Origin: Raphidiopsis brookii D9
GTDB lineage: Bacteria > Cyanobacteriota > Cyanobacteriia > Cyanobacteriales > Nostocaceae
DNA: 32,000 nucleotides
Direction of reading: 5' to 3'
NCBI GenBank assembly: GCA_000175855.1
Contig: ACYB01000036.1
Span: 1 to 32,000 of the forward strand
The position numbers and the translations under genes are program-made. Below, one piece after another: positions 31,168 to 32,000 of the stretch (positions are counted from its first letter, which is position 1; the number at the start of each line of letters is the position of its first letter). The notes below the pieces were generated by a model, which saw nothing but the letters and a program-made list of their open reading frames with translations, was not told where the DNA came from and searched no databases.

Positions 31168-32000
31168 ATGGTTAAACTCCGTCAATCTTCCTTTAGACGA
31201 ATTTTAGTAACCAGAATATTACTGGTCTTTGTTCCAGTTTTATTAATTGGGGAAATAGCTGCACTGAATAAAGCACGTTCAAGCTTGCTAAATAATGTTA
31301 GGCAAAATTTAATTGATAGTGCGATTAATAAAGGAGAGAAAATTACAGATGCGATCGCCACCCTAGAAAGCAATTTACTGACAGCTACTCAGACTCAAGC
31401 GATAAAATCTGGGTCAGTTATAGAAGCGGAAAAATTAATCAAACAAATCAAGAGATTATTGCCCAATCAAATTGATTGTATTCAACTCAATCATCTTGAT
31501 AATAGGGATGAGAGGAATCTGGTGATTGCTAGTAGCTGTGGAAATCAACCTTTGATAGAAAATAATATGTCATGGATTAATAGTCAATTTTCTGGTGGAA
31601 TTAGTCATCAGGTTCACATTACCCCATTTTTACCATTGAAATCGAGAATTACTGGTAAACATCCTAGAGGAAACCAATTGGAATTAGTTTTGTCAGCACC
31701 AGTGTATAATCAGCGGGGAAATTTGGCTTATGTTTTAATTATTAAAACCACACTACACCGAGAAATGGAAAATCAACGAGGTTCCCTTATTGGTGCTTTA
31801 GTAGTAATTAGTGAAGATGGGACTATTCTGGCCCACCCATCTTTAGAAACCATAGGAACTAATATTAATAAATATACAGATTTGCAGCAGTTAAAAGGAG
31901 TTATTAAAGATGCTCTTGAGGGTAATAATAACTCCATAAATTTTCATTTTAGCGACGGAGAGGACTCGGTAGCTGGGTATACAGCTATTCCCAATCCTAT
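31168..32000 (+). CDS. Membrane-anchored sensory protein with extracellular Cache-like region; truncated by window end (C-terminal output domain not visible)
   Basis: Manual translation from ATG 31168 is open to 32000: MVKLRQSSFRRILVTRILLVFVPVLLIGEIAALNKARSSLLNNVRQNLIDSAINKGEKI...LELVLSAPVYNQRGNLAYVLIIKTTLHREMENQRGSLIGALVVISEDGTILAHPSLETIGTNINKYTDL.... Confidence 0.7.
   Translation, partial: MVKLRQSSFRRILVTRILLVFVPVLLIGEIAALNKARSSLLNNVRQNLIDSAINKGEKITDAIATLESNLLTATQTQAIKSGSVIEAEKLIKQIKRLLPNQIDCIQLNHLDNRDERNLVIASSCGNQPLIENNMSWINSQFSGGISHQVHITPFLPLKSRITGKHPRGNQLELVLSAPVYNQRGNLAYVLIIKTTLHREMENQRGSLIGALVVISEDGTILAHPSLETIGTNINKYTDLQQLKGVIKDALEGNNNSINFHFSDGEDSVAGYTAIPNP

Noticed and set aside
1-32000. 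tRNA/rRNA genes, insertion sequences or prophage modules
   Set aside because: No tRNA-like cloverleaf/GGTTCGAATCC signature, rRNA segment, transposase ORF or phage structural gene was recognised by eye; a tRNAscan-SE and ISfinder run would be needed to exclude short or degraded ones.

Overview
This 32 kb window looks like the chromosome of a filamentous (Nostocales-type) cyanobacterium; that lineage is inferred from gene content and repeated GCGATCGC (HIP1) sites. Most of it is housekeeping sequence: a partial ChlH/CobN-family magnesium-chelatase-like gene, a cell-wall amidase, an S30AE (RaiA-like)+cold-shock fusion, ilvD, lipA, gpsA, a group 2 sigma factor, a Fur regulator, cobN, a GAF histidine kinase, a nanE-like gene, a DUF3318 gene, rplI, a DUF29 gene, dnaB with an in-frame intein, mnmG and a truncated sensor gene. 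Accessory content: (1) a reduced type I-D-like CRISPR effector cassette (WYL-type regulator // csc2-csc1-cas6), with no cas3, cas10d/csc3, cas4, cas1, cas2 or array visible in the window and a Csc2 that looks internally shortened; (2) a single-polypeptide MmeI-like restriction-modification enzyme; (3) a ~262-aa intein in the DnaB Walker A motif with an apparently eroded endonuclease region; (4) an orphan PD-(D/E)XK-like protein. Five genes carry apparent single-base frameshifts, four of them in A or G homopolymers (WYL gene, gpsA, nanE-like, DUF3318 gene). This is either a sequence-quality signature or slippage/phase variation, and it should be resolved before biological interpretation. The most interesting item is the minimal Csc2-Csc1-Cas6 module. 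It may be a decayed I-D locus or a retained crRNA-binding complex without nuclease; sequence alone cannot decide.
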